A DNA stretch of 63,317 nucleotides, the filler included, from Rhabdomonas costata (Eukaryota): assembly GCA_019059605.1 (NCBI GenBank). It is 29 parts of 29 records of this genome, joined end to end, with 100 filler letters (N's around TTAATTAATTAA, not from the genome) between each part and the next. Parts side by side here need not be neighbours in the genome. Positions count along the whole stretch, not along the records: positions 1 to 2,089 come from JAHMHO010005744.1; positions 2,190 to 4,278 come from JAHMHO010005745.1; positions 4,379 to 6,467 come from JAHMHO010005746.1; positions 6,568 to 8,656 come from JAHMHO010005747.1; positions 8,757 to 10,845 come from JAHMHO010005748.1; positions 10,946 to 13,034 come from JAHMHO010005749.1; 23 more parts are not named here. One strand, given 5' to 3'. Position numbers and translations under genes: made by a program. Positions within the stretch are counted from its first letter, which is position 1. Each line of letters begins with the position of its first letter. Below the pieces are notes generated by a model. It ran no database searches. It was not told the DNA's origin and worked only from the letters and a program-made list of their open reading frames with translations. Shown piece by piece: positions 1 to 11,372 of this stretch.

Positions 1-467
1 TGCATCTGCGAAAATGCAAGACCAGAATTTTGTGGGGATGAACATTAACAGGCACGAGGGGAGGTGTTTGAAACAAAGGTGATCCTATTAAACCAAACCA
101 CCAAGCGAAGTTGAGCCTTGTGCATCCTCGTGTGTAAGCTACAGTCTGACTTGTGTCTGCAAAAAGTTCTGGGTCTTAGTAGATATTGGCAATCAACACT
201 TGCTGTAACTCCGCTCCTCAAGTAATAATACGAAAAGACATTCATCAGTCGGCTACCAAACGCATGCACTTCTCAAAATCAGCGGCAGCGGCAGCAGCTG
301 CAACTGTAGCGACCAGTGCTGAGGCACCATGGAGATCAGCAGATCAGGATGCGGCATGCCCGTCGGCAGTGAGTCACGCGCCAAAGCGCCAATAAAGTGC
401 AAACCGTAAATCCGAGCTCCACCAACTGGACTGGCGACGAAAGTATGCAGCCGATGCCCGATGCGAG

Positions 468-1354
468 CTAATCAAGGTGGGCCATGATCGCCTGGCAGCA
501 GGCCTTGAACTTTCGCTGCGAGCCGCATGGGCATGGGTCATTGCGACCGCACTGGCGGGCGCGGGTGAGAAACTCTTCCTGCATCTCGAGCTCCTGGCCC
601 AGCGCTGCCGCTGTTTTTTTTTTTTTTGCAAAATGCAGTGTCACAGAAGAAGATGACTGTGTTGTGTTGTCCTAAAGGAAGCAAAGGTATACATTCGTAC
701 CAACAAAACACCGGCCAGACTTTCAAGTTCTGGCTTCATCTGAACATCAATATTGCTCGCAATAATCAAAACGACAGGCCCCTTTGCGCCATTGCAAAAA
801 AAAAAAGATTGAGACCACCTTTTCTAGTGAGAAAAGAACGCGAAAAAAACCACAACCACACCTGCTGGAAACTGGTTGGGAAAGTCGTCGGTTCCCGCAG
901 AGGCATTACTGTGAACGGGGGCACGCAAAGGCATCGATTTTCCTACAGACGACACACTAAAGAAAAAAGCACAATTCTTCGGGTATCGAACAATCAGAAT
1001 GGCGACCAGAATGTTAGCATCGAGACCGAGGCAAACCAAAGAGTTGTCGGCAGCAGGCAGCAAAACCAGAATTTCAACTACTACGCATCTTGTCTCGCTG
1101 GCTGCACCATACCCTCGAAGCTGACCATCGATCTGGGCGGCTGTGAGGGTTCCCGGCAGCGTCTCAAAGTTCGGGTTGAACACGGACCACGGGCTCAGTG
1201 TCCCCTCCGCTCGCTTACCGTAGCTCAGGTTCGCCGCAATCCCCACAAACCCGGCCAGGATGGCCACAAGCTGGCCCTGACCATACCACCGCTGCGCTGC
1301 CCAAACGGCGACCGCCCACCCCAGAGCCAGCAAAGCCACCTTGAGAAGGCCCAT
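468..1354 (-). CDS. SAYSvFN-domain (SAYSD1-like) membrane protein with C-terminal SEC-C motif; 3 exons (1354-1113, 956-862, 610-468)
   Basis: Hydrophobic segment followed by LSPWSVFNPNFETLPGTLTAAQID (SAYSvFN signature). The last exon reads ...CGRNDPCPCGSQRKFKACCQAIMAHLD*. GT-AG junctions are phase-compatible. The start at ATG 1354 is inferred. Confidence 0.8.
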
Positions 1355-2089
1355 CCACGTGACAAATAATGGCCAAATAAATCCCTGGCAAACACGCGCT
1401 GATGGTGAGGTTGGTGGAGGGGAGGGGCATGGCCCAGTTCGAACCCTTGTGGGGTTCGAGGCAGCTTGAACCTCTTTCAGCTTAAACAAAAACATGCGTT
1501 TTTCAGTCTGTTGCGTTTCCACGGGTTACCATCGCCACAGGAGCAGTTGCGTATACTAAGGTAGAAACCACGTCATGGACTTTGTCCTTTCAGCGGGGCT
1601 GAGGGAAAGACCACCCCACCCCAATGATGCGGAAAGCCCTTCTCCTCGAAGTGCTACAAGTGCATCAGCATGTCTGTGTATCCATGTGACACGTGGATAC
1701 CCACCGCACCCCACCAACTAAAGTGTATCCACCAATGAGCGTGCACTTAGCTAACGCCAGCAGACTGCTTTCGGAGAGTGGCCGGGAGGGAGCGAAGCGC
1801 TACGGCATGTCGGCGGATTGCAACGAACTGACTCTGACTCTGACTCTTGAGTCAGTGGATCAAAGACTGAGGCGAGATCCGCGCGAATACTTCAGGACCG
1901 CCCAAAACAAAGAAATTGCTGGAACCCCACGGGTAAGCACTGAACAGAGAGTATAAGACACAAAATTCAGTATCATCTCTTCACAGCTGTCTGGCCACAC
2001 AACTCTCACGTGCATTAACGACTGTGCACAGAAACACAGGCGAAAAAGCAAGCAAAGTGCAAACGAGAGGCTACCCCCCCCCCAAGGCA

Positions 2090-2189
2090 NNNNNNNNNNN
2101 NNNNNNNNNNNNNNNNNNNNNNNNNNNNNNNNNTTAATTAATTAANNNNNNNNNNNNNNNNNNNNNNNNNNNNNNNNNNNNNNNNNNNN
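2090..2189. other. Artificial contig spacer (first of 28): N44-TTAATTAATTAA-N44
   Basis: The same 100-nt linker with stops in all six frames recurs about every 2.19 kb. Contig lengths fall from about 2089 to 2084 nt, indicating size-sorted concatenation. Confidence 0.98.
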
Positions 2190-2983
2190 GGTGTTGGATC
2201 TAAGCAATTCCGCGCAGCAGCCAACTCCTTCACCTTCCGCATTCAAAGAGAGGCCCCGCGTTCTCATGCCTGGTCAGCTTTCCCGCAAACCAGACAAGCG
2301 GTTGACGAGTTAAGCAGCGTCTGGCACTTGCACCCCGACCTCTATGGGGAGAAGATAGCTCGAGGCCACCGGAAGCACCCTCTCCAGCACGCACTTTGAC
2401 GCTGCTATCCAAAGTACGTCGCCAACAGCAAAGGGCTGCACGCTCTTTTTCTTTTTTTGGAAGGGGAACACCTCGAACAGCATTAAGCAACCTCCTCACC
2501 TCAGGCGAGAAGCCACTATTGGCAAAGAGTAAGCAGAAGGCAAACAATGGTTCCAAAAAAAGCGTCACCGTCGCTTGATTTCGCCAGCTGCTGCAGATGG
2601 ACGGCACAGAGACCGTAGGGTCAAGGTCCAGAGGTGGGATCGAACGAGCGCAACGCGCTGCCTATTTCCTGAACATCAAAGTCGAAGGTATCCCTGCAGT
2701 CTTCCTCTCTGCACGGTAATGCTCCCTCAGGGTACACATCTCGCAGCTTTTGTTCAGCGCCTGTCACTGGGGAGCCTAACTAGAAGCTTGCAAGGTTTTC
2801 CCAGCGAGCCCTCTTTCACAGCGCTCAACTTCGCTGAGACCGTCTGTTGCAGCCTGCGGAAGTTTTTCTAGGACCTCGCACCTTCTGGTTTTCAGGGAGA
2901 GGGGAATGCCTTCCATAAAAGAGCACCTCCCCTCCACGATAAATGAGCAAGCAAGTTAGACTGACAGGCTAGGACGAGCTAAC

Positions 2984-4140
2984 CTGTCCTGGTTGTGCAG
3001 CCCAAACACGCTCTGCATCAGCTGGGACAGCGGGTGGTTACCGAAGTCCGATGAGATGTAGCCCACTCGCAGCCGCTCCTGCTCAGCACACCATTGCGAG
3101 TGCTGCACTTTTCTGGTGTAATCCAGCGCGGCGGCCTGCAGGACATGACGACGGCAGGACACATGGCCAGCACAACATCCGAAAATCTGATCCAACTTCA
3201 TTAACTACTCACAAGGCCAATGAATGTCCTCCACACATGGAACCGCCGCACAAAAGAAAGATGAGGCAGGCAGAAAAAAAGGGTGGGAAAGGGTGGATGC
3301 CCACGTGCAGACATAGCATTGGGAAGAGGAGATCGGCAGGGGCGGGCGAGGTTAGTGTGGTACAGGAGCTGAGAGGTGGACCAGCCGCAAATTGAGCAAG
3401 ACACACTTCGGAATCGAGGAGAAAGGCAAAATATCATTCAAGTGCAATTCCACTACAAGCCACTAATACTCACACACAGAAAGGCTCTTTCACTTATACT
3501 CTTCTGGCACAGCAAACAAGAATAAAAGTGGGCTACTCAAACTGATCTGCGATGAACCATTGCAAACAAGAGGCAACTCAAAACTGGGCTACCTGTTTCT
3601 CGACGCTGTGTGCATGCGCCTGAGCCAGCTGCACAATGACCTCGGCAGGGAGGTTGTACACCAAACTGTGATGGGGCTGCATCGAGGGCATCTGCCCCTT
3701 CCGAATCTGATGCTGCAATGCAGAGGAAGTTTTTCGCGAGTTATATTAATCGACTTGTGAATGGGAACACCACACAGGGGATTGGGTGCCAAAACACAGA
3801 CATCTTGAATATTCAATCTTGAATTATCAATGAGTCATTATGTCCTTGCCAAATGGATCTCTTTTCAATGGATGCGAAGACCATGCGGCGTTGTGGAAGA
3901 TGGAGCTATGAGGTTTCAAAGAAGACTGCACTCCCAATCTTGATGTCAAAATAACACAACCCCTGCATGATTAAGTATAGCTTCGATCCTCCATACTCCG
4001 GTCTCCCAGCAGAAGACAGAGGGATGATCAATACCATCACAGAAACGAACAGCTTGGGCATCATCTCGTCCCTTGCCTTCCAGTCACAGATGATGTGCAG
4101 GCAGTGAACAAGGTTGGCTTGGGCGATCGGAAAACTCGGC
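2984..4140 (-). CDS. OGT: O-GlcNAc transferase (GT41, OGT/SEC type), internal exons 4140-4051, 3817-3802 (putative), 3712-3593, 3135-2984
   Basis: [23 protein letters not shown] and [27 protein letters not shown] match OGT motifs in the correct order. GT-AG borders. Confidence 0.92.
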
Positions 4141-4378
4141 CTGCGCGGAAAAACGGAAACCTGGTAGAGTGAGTCGGGTGACAAAACTCACCATGCCACC
4201 TTGGGCTCAATGAAGACGCCTCTTGTAGATGACTCTACCTCAATAGACCGGGATGGCGGGGACTGATACACAAACACCNNNNNNNNNNNNNNNNNNNNNN
4301 NNNNNNNNNNNNNNNNNNNNNNTTAATTAATTAANNNNNNNNNNNNNNNNNNNNNNNNNNNNNNNNNNNNNNNNNNNN

Positions 4379-5922
4379 TCGTTATATATATTAGGTCTAT
4401 CAATAACACTTTGAGGTGTAATAATTTTATCGCAAGTATCCTTGTTTCCATCACAGAATGTAGAATTGTATGTGTCTGCTTTGTTCAAAATATTAATACA
4501 TTGCTCAGCACTGGATGCAGGGCAGTTCTTAAGGAAATTCTCTTTAAATGGCGAACAATTCTCTTCTGTTATAACTTGTGGTAAAACTTCTTGATATACT
4601 TTAGGTCTTTCAATAACACTATTAGGTGTAATAATTTCATCACAAATATCTTTGTGACCATCACAGAAGGTAGAATTGAACTGTTTATCATTATTTAATA
4701 TTTGTATGCATTCTTCGTCACTTGATGTTGGGCAGCTCTTAAGGAAATCCTCTTTAAATGGTGAACAATTTTCTTCTGTTATAATTTCTTGATATACTTT
4801 AGGTCTTTCAATTACACTTTTAGGTGTAATAATTTCATCACAAACACCTTTGTGATCATCACAGAATTTAGAATTAAATTGATTATCTTCACTTAATATA
4901 TGCAGACATTGTTCATCACTTGTTTTTGGGCAGTCGTTAAGAATTTCTTGATATACTTTAGATCTATCAATAACATTCTGACGTGTAATAAGTCCGTTAC
5001 ACATTGTCTTATTGTCAGTATTCTTTTTATCACAGAACGTTGGAGTAATGATTTCTTCTAAAACAGCAGTTCTGTTACTTGAATTTTTATTTATAATCTT
5101 ACTACATATTGCGGTATTGGAATTTGGATCATCACAGAAAGATGATGCAATAATTTTTTCACAAATTGATTCATATTTTGTACAAAAATTAGAATCAAAT
5201 ACACCTTTGTTATCAAGTAATTTTACCATTCCCTCTTCTTTTAATTTAGTAAAACAAGAATCGCCATTAATATATGAATCACAGGCTGATCCATTTGTTT
5301 CTGCAAGTACTTCAGTTGTAATAGTAGTACCAAAATTTGACTTACATAAATCTTTATTAGTGGATACAATTTGTTTAATAACATTTGGATGTGATTTGTT
5401 AAATGTTGATTTACCAAATGCACTAACACCATTTTTACGTTCATATTCAGTAAGAAATGAATCTAAATCAACTCGACTGACACAATTTGGAGCAATTACT
5501 AAATCTTTTAAGATTTTATCAGCACCACACGAATCCTCAGACGTCGTAATAAAACCATCGCCAAATTTTGACTTACATAATTCTCTATTGTTATATACAA
5601 TTGAATTAACAACATTTGGATGTGAATTTCTAAATAAATCTGTACCGAAACCAGTAACACCTTTTTGTTTTTCATATTCAGAAATAAATGAATCTAAACC
5701 AACTCGACCGACACAAGTTGGAGCAATTACTAAATCGTTTAACATCTTGTCAGAGCCACATGAATCTGGGGATGTATTAATAATATCTGCAGCACTAGGT
5801 GGAACAGGTATAACTGCACTTCTTATTGCATTTATTTTTTGTACTAATTCCTCTGCAATAACATTTCGTTGTTGTAATTGATTCCTAAACGTTGCATACG
5901 TTGATGAGGGATCACTTGCCAT
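4379..5922 (-). CDS. Cys-rich repeat protein of unknown function (>510 aa, 3'-truncated), probably viral
   Basis: Long intronless ORF. Two ~75-aa repeats (DSCGxDKxLxDLVIAPxCV...LCKSxFG) are followed by repeats of CPxxSxExC...FNSxFCDxHKxxCDEIITPxSVIxRPKVYQE. Confidence 0.9.
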
Positions 5923-6064
5923 TAATATATATTATATATATGTTAAATTTGATATGGGGTGTAATTAAAAACTGACACTTATTTACATTTATATATTCTT
6001 AAATAAATATTTAATTATTTTTTTATTACATTTAAAGAAATTAAAAAATAAAATTATAAAAAAA

Positions 6065-6104
6065 TTATAAATAAGATTATATGTAAATATAATCTTATTT
6101 ATAA
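6065..6104 (-). terminator. Mimivirus-type 3'-end/polyadenylation hairpin
   Basis: Perfect 18-bp stem TTATAAATAAGATTATAT / ATATAATCTTATTTATAA with a 4-nt loop, about 30 nt downstream of the Rpb6 stop. Confidence 0.8.
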
Positions 6105-6133
6105 ATTTTGTATGAAAAAATTTATAAAATTAA

Positions 6134-6400
6134 TTATTCAAAATATAATTCGCTTAATTTCCAATATTCTACTTTTTTATTTGGTAAAATACGTTCGATA
6201 ATATATGGTAATACTCTATGTTTTAATTCTTGTATTGCTATTTCTTCAGCTGTTAATCCATGTGTATTTTTAATTTTAGGTTCTGCACCACGAACCAATT
6301 GTTGTATACGTGTCGGTAAAATTCTATTTCTTTCAAAATTTGTTAATCTCGGTAATGAAATACGTTGATCATTTGGTACGATAACAATTGGTTTATCATG
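6134..6400 (-). CDS. RPB6: DNA-directed RNA polymerase subunit Rpb6, giant-virus type (5' end lost to a fold-back artefact; not in the ORF track)
   Basis: Manual translation HDKPIVIVPNDQRISLPRLTNFERNRILPTRIQQLVRGAEPKIKNTHGLTAEEIAIQELKHRVLPYIIERILPNKKVEYWKLSELYFE* fits the Rpb6 pattern (LTxYERxRILxxR.Q...GA.P...IA..EL....P..I.R.LP....E.W...EL). Confidence 0.9.
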   Translation of the reverse strand, partial: HDKPIVIVPNDQRISLPRLTNFERNRILPTRIQQLVRGAEPKIKNTHGLTAEEIAIQELKHRVLPYIIERILPNKKVEYWKLSELYFE

Positions 6401-6739
6401 TATTTCATTACCGAGATTAACAAATTTTGAAAGAAATAGAATTTTACCGACACGTATACAACACCACNNNNNNNNNNNNNNNNNNNNNNNNNNNNNNNNN
6501 NNNNNNNNNNNTTAATTAATTAANNNNNNNNNNNNNNNNNNNNNNNNNNNNNNNNNNNNNNNNNNNNGGTGTTGTGGGCCTCCTGAAACGCTGCGGCCGT
6601 GGCCGGTCCTTGCACCCTCAGTCCGGTACCGAGCATAGCAACCAACAAAGATTTGCATAATTTCCGCAAATTTGGCGCACACCCTTTGGAATGCCTCTGG
6701 GTGCTTCCCTCACCCAACCTCCAGCCCCACGAAAGGGCA

Positions 6740-8555
6740 ACGCGCCTGTACGCGGGCTCGCTCCAGAAGGCCTCGGCGTACTCGAAGTCGTAGTCTGCGA
6801 ACCCCCGCCCGCCCAGGCAGTCGTAGCCCGAGGGCTGCGAGCCCAGCGCGAACTGCCGCAGCTGGGAGTATGCCAGCTTGCCCGGCATCGGGTGGTCAAA
6901 GGAGTTGTTCCAGAATCTGTGCCCAACCAACGGTCACTGTCCATCACACACTTCACCACAAACACCATAAGGCAGAGGCAGTCCAACTTCTTGTCAATAA
7001 AACCTCACTTTCAACAACAACAATTGCTCATTAGGTCGCTTTGGCTGGCCGAAGGAACGGGAAGGCAGATGCCAAGTTCTTAACTTTCACAACAGAACCA
7101 TGGCAGCTGTCTTGAAGAGCCGCACTCTTCAGGAAACGAAAGATAAATGGGGGAGGGGAAGCGGTAGGTGACACCTGCACCCGAAAAGACCCCCGTAGAG
7201 CGAGACATAGGAGGTGACGTAGCCATGGGCCCGGGCGTCGTCCCATAGCCACGTCGCACCCGGGGGAAGCTCTCCTGCGGCAGCCCAAAGACAGAGTAAC
7301 GCCATATGTGAATTGTTGGTGAGCAAAATCTCGAATTGACGCAATCGGTTCTCCAGCATCCAGTACAGCATCCCATCGGGGGTACATTCAAAAGCCTGCT
7401 TCCTTTCAGGCCCAGAAATATCGAAGGTAGGGACATGCCGTGCCAACCAGCAAGGGATCATCAAAGTCCTTGGGTAGAAAGCTCTTCGAGGAAGAAAGAA
7501 TCTCCAGGAGCTAACCAGCGATTCCACTCCGGAGCGTCCCCCCTTCGGAAGAAGCATGGTGGGGCAATTGTATTGGAGTGGGGTGCGGGCCGTTAAACGT
7601 TTGGGTCAGAACGCAAGGGCGATGAACGGTTCCCAGGAGATTACATTACAATTTGATTAGTTCAGGTGCGATGGCCGGAGCGGCCGGAGCGGGCGGATGG
7701 GTTGGGACGTTTCATGGGGTGGGCGACGCTCCGTTTAGCGGTGCTAAATGTCGGGATCACTCATTTTTGGATGGCATTTTGATTTAAGCAGCAAAATGGG
7801 GTTAAGTACACTGGTTTTCTTCCCCCCAGACAGACACATTTTTATTATGGGTAGGGGGGTTAGGAAATTTATGACCGTTTAGCAGTGCTCTTTTCGCTTG
7901 TGCTCAGGGGAACGATTCGAGTGCATCACATGCGTCTCCACGTGACGCCCCATCCTCTGAGATTTCTGAGCAGCGATGCAGTGCAGACCGATTGACATCG
8001 TCTTCAGCCTACGCTTCTCCTGGGCAGCGGTGAAGAACTGCCCCGCGAACAGCGGGTAGGTATTCCACGCCGTGGACCTCAGAGCGCAAAAAGGAGCTCA
8101 ACCACACAACGCGCGCCACCGACTACCCGTATAAACAGATCAGGACATCGAAGTGTGACCCAAGTCGAATTCGGCAAAACGAGAGCCAACACAGCAGTCG
8201 GTTTCCCCATCGAATAAGTTAGCAACAGCTGCGGTCAATCCATCTGTCATTGTGTAAAGGTCTGTCCACCACACAGGCAGAAACGCTACGAAGAGAGAAA
8301 GAGAGAGAGAGAGAGAGGTGCCCATCATCAGTGGTTGACAAATTGCATTGCAGCAAGATATACAAGGCGCCACGTGACGCCTGCAGCTGGAGGGCTATGC
8401 CATTGCCTAACCAATTCACTTTCGCGAAAAGCATCGGAAATATACAGGCCCAAGCACATTCCCTCCCTTTTTCATAGCATACGAGCCCAAAGCGAGTGCC
8501 CGCTCGAAGACAAAGGTGTTGTACCCCATGGAAGAAGAGCTGCGAAGCAGATCCT
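6740..8555 (-). CDS. Multi-exon protein fragment, weakly resembling the STT3 oligosaccharyltransferase C-terminal domain
   Basis: GC-rich exons including STAWNTYPLFAGQFF and KLAYSQLRQFALGSQPSGYD...EYAEAFWSE (compare STT3 KMCYYRFGQ...PPGFD...LEEAYTTE). Borders are approximate. Confidence 0.3.
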
Positions 8556-8774
8556 GTCGGCGAGATGGAAACCAATCACAGAAGCCCACACCGCAAGCCT
8601 CTGCAGCAGAAAACCATAAAAGCAAATTTTAACGGACAACCATTTACACACAACAANNNNNNNNNNNNNNNNNNNNNNNNNNNNNNNNNNNNNNNNNNNN
8701 TTAATTAATTAANNNNNNNNNNNNNNNNNNNNNNNNNNNNNNNNNNNNNNNNNNNNTGTGTTTGTTTGCTTCAG

Positions 8775-10442
8775 ATCGTGGACTTCGGGATGGCGAAGTT
8801 CATTGGGGACCCCCGCCTCGGAGAAGGCCCCAGCTGCCCGTACACCCCAAGCAGCGCAGGGGACCACTGGACTGTTCAGGGAGGGTGTGGTGTCACTCCG
8901 CCCACCACTTGTCTCTGTACGCCCCTTCTCTCTTCCCTCTCATCTCGCTCAGCCCTTCCTCAGGGTATTCGCATTTCTTTCTCAGTCCTCCCCCCTTTCC
9001 TTGCGGCCTGCACGCAGGATTTCTTCTCCCTTCTCAAGGCTTCATGCCACGATGGTTCGAGAACAAGACATGAACTTTTCCCGTACACCCCCCTGTGCAT
9101 CAGTGGTGGCCCGCTGTAAAGCAAGACCGCCTTTCCGGCATTTTGTTTTGTTCCCCAGTACTCCTGAGACCGCGTTGGTTGCGGACACCCCTGTGGGCAC
9201 GGTGCGTTTCTGCGACCTGCAGCCTCTGCAGCCGCTGAGCCCTCTGAAGACCCGTCTCACCACCCGAGCAGACATCCGCAAGGCACCCTCTCTTTTCCTG
9301 CCATCAGCTCCTTTCTAGAGGGCACAGGCTTCTCAATTGATGAAGCCAATATGCAGGAAGTCAGTTGCGTTTCTGAAATGCCATGAGAGGTTTTAGTTCT
9401 GCCATAGTTTCTCAGCCTTTCGAAACTTCCGGGGTGCACGTTAGTTTGGAGGGATCTCGGGAGGCATCTTGCTCTGGCCAGCCAACAATGGTCCCTGCGG
9501 AGACGCGGGCTGCGATTTTTTTGGGGGGGTTAACTGTCAGCTGCCATTGATATGCGACGTAAGTCGTTCACCCCTTTATCACTTTAAGAACAAAACGGTA
9601 AAGTAATGGTGGTTGTGCGGAAAAATAGATGATCCCTACCCTTACATGCAGTCCCGCCGCCATTTTTGTAAGCCCTGTGGTGTGATCGCATGTTGTCATA
9701 ATCGTCCTCGCCCGGTTTCGAGAAAGGCTGCAAGTGGCACAACGGATATTGTCCATAAGGGTACATTTACCATCAGTAACTCTTTTGTATGCGTGCCCCA
9801 TGCAATAAAGGTTTTCCCAAAGGCCAAGGAGAGTTTCCGACCCAGTCGTCGGCTCCAGCCGTGTGGATTCTGGGCTTCGTCCTAACTGATGTAACTAATG
9901 TTACTACACTGGTCTGCCTTGATTCCAGTGCAGGGTTTGTGCTGCTAGCTAAATACTCATGGAGCGAGCGCTGACACATTTGCCCCAACCAACTTCAAGG
10001 TAGAATAGAACTTTTCTGTCAGTGGTTACCCCCCCCCTCCCCGTGCCCAATGTCACTTGGGTCTCGGCAGTCTTTAGTTGGTCACAAAAATGTGATTATG
10101 GTTGTGTGTTTCACCCTGCCCCCCTCCCCTCCCTTCACACACACACTGACGTCCCAGATTGACGTCTTCTCGGTTGGGGTAATCCTGTACATCATGCTGT
10201 CGGGATGCTTCCCGTTCTCCTCTGACGACCCCCGGGCACTGTCGGAGCAGATCCTGGCCGGGGTGCGGTTTCCCAGCCCCCAATTTGACCGGATTAGCCC
10301 CTTGGCCAAGGACTTTGTGGGGTTGCTGCTGCACCCCGAGAGGGCCCGCCGGCCTCTGGCCGAGGAATGCCTGGGCTCGTTGTGGTTGCGGAGCGCGGCG
10401 CCAAGCGAGGAGTATTCCTTCCGGGTGCAGAGCAACTTGCAG
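8775..10442 (+). CDS. Ser/Thr protein kinase (CAMK group), C-lobe exons
   Basis: IVDFGMAKF (from 8775), TPVGT (~9187-9201), and IDVFSVGVILYIMLSGCFPF...ISPLAKDFVGLLLHPERARRPLAEECL (10158-10442). Confidence 0.9.
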
Positions 10443-11372
10443 GTACTCCTCCTCCTGCCTGCAACGCGGTCCCTTGAACGGTCGAACGGTTGCGGCAATT
10501 TTTTTCGCCCCGGTTGCAATAAGAAAACTGCTGCGGGGAGGCCACCGTGTTGCCTATCACTTGCTACTCCCTGGTGGAACCCGTCGCGTTGAATGTGTAA
10601 ACATATTTGCGCGGATGGATGTGTGGAAACTCGAAAGCAATCACACCATTCAGAATGTGTAAGCATATCCGTGGACGGCCGAGCGTTTCTTTTAGAAGGG
10701 TACAGCGAAAGAGGAAGGGAGGACAGGACTGAAACAACGGCCAGGTCTTCTTTAGGTTAAGTCTTCTTTGAGCGTTCCCGGAGCTCATCCATCTTTGCAT
10801 TTTCGCATTCTGAATGGTGTGATTGCTTTCGAGTTCCCACACACCNNNNNNNNNNNNNNNNNNNNNNNNNNNNNNNNNNNNNNNNNNNNTTAATTAATTA
10901 ANNNNNNNNNNNNNNNNNNNNNNNNNNNNNNNNNNNNNNNNNNNNTGTGTGGCAACCCATCAATGTTGATCTTGTGTGGTTGCATGGTTGACCCAACCCC
11001 TTGCGGAGCTCCTATCGGTGTGCGAGCGAGGGCGTGAGCGTGAGGGTGCGCGTATGTGCTTGTTTAGGCACGACTGGTGGGTGCTGATCTGTGAAGAGAA
11101 ACTGACGCAAGGGGTTGGGTCAACCATGCAACCACACAAGATCAACATTGATGGGTTGCCATTCGCTACCGAATATACAGCATCAAGCCGTTACCGAAGA
11201 CCATGCTTGCGGGCGCTTGCGAAAAGCAACCGCTCACAAACGGTAACAGCAATTTCGGCTTCCAAAAAGAAAGGCTTTCAGATGCAAATCACAACCCCGC
11301 TCATCCCGCTTCTATATCCTCCCTCCTCCCCCAAAAAAGAAGAGCCTGCCTCGCCAATACCGGAGGGCACAC

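Larger units (their letters stand above)
4379..6467. mobile_element. Giant virus (Nucleocytoviricota, Mimiviridae/Imitervirales-like) genome fragment
   Basis: Strongly AT-rich relative to all other contigs, intronless and gene-dense. Contains a viral-type Rpb6 and a post-stop palindromic hairpin. Confidence 0.85.

Noticed and set aside
5012-5881. 289-aa plus-strand ORF
   Set aside because: Antisense shadow of the viral repeat gene, with no recognisable features.
6301-6467. ~62-bp inverted repeat that could be a viral hairpin terminus
   Set aside because: It truncates Rpb6 and lies at a contig end next to a primer remnant. The same fold-backs occur in host contigs, so it is an amplification chimera.
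10621-11160. Inverted repeats at the ends of contigs 5 and 6 (10621-10657 vs ~10807-10843; ~10951-11004 vs ~11106-11160)
   Set aside because: Terminal fold-back chimeras, not transposon inverted repeats.
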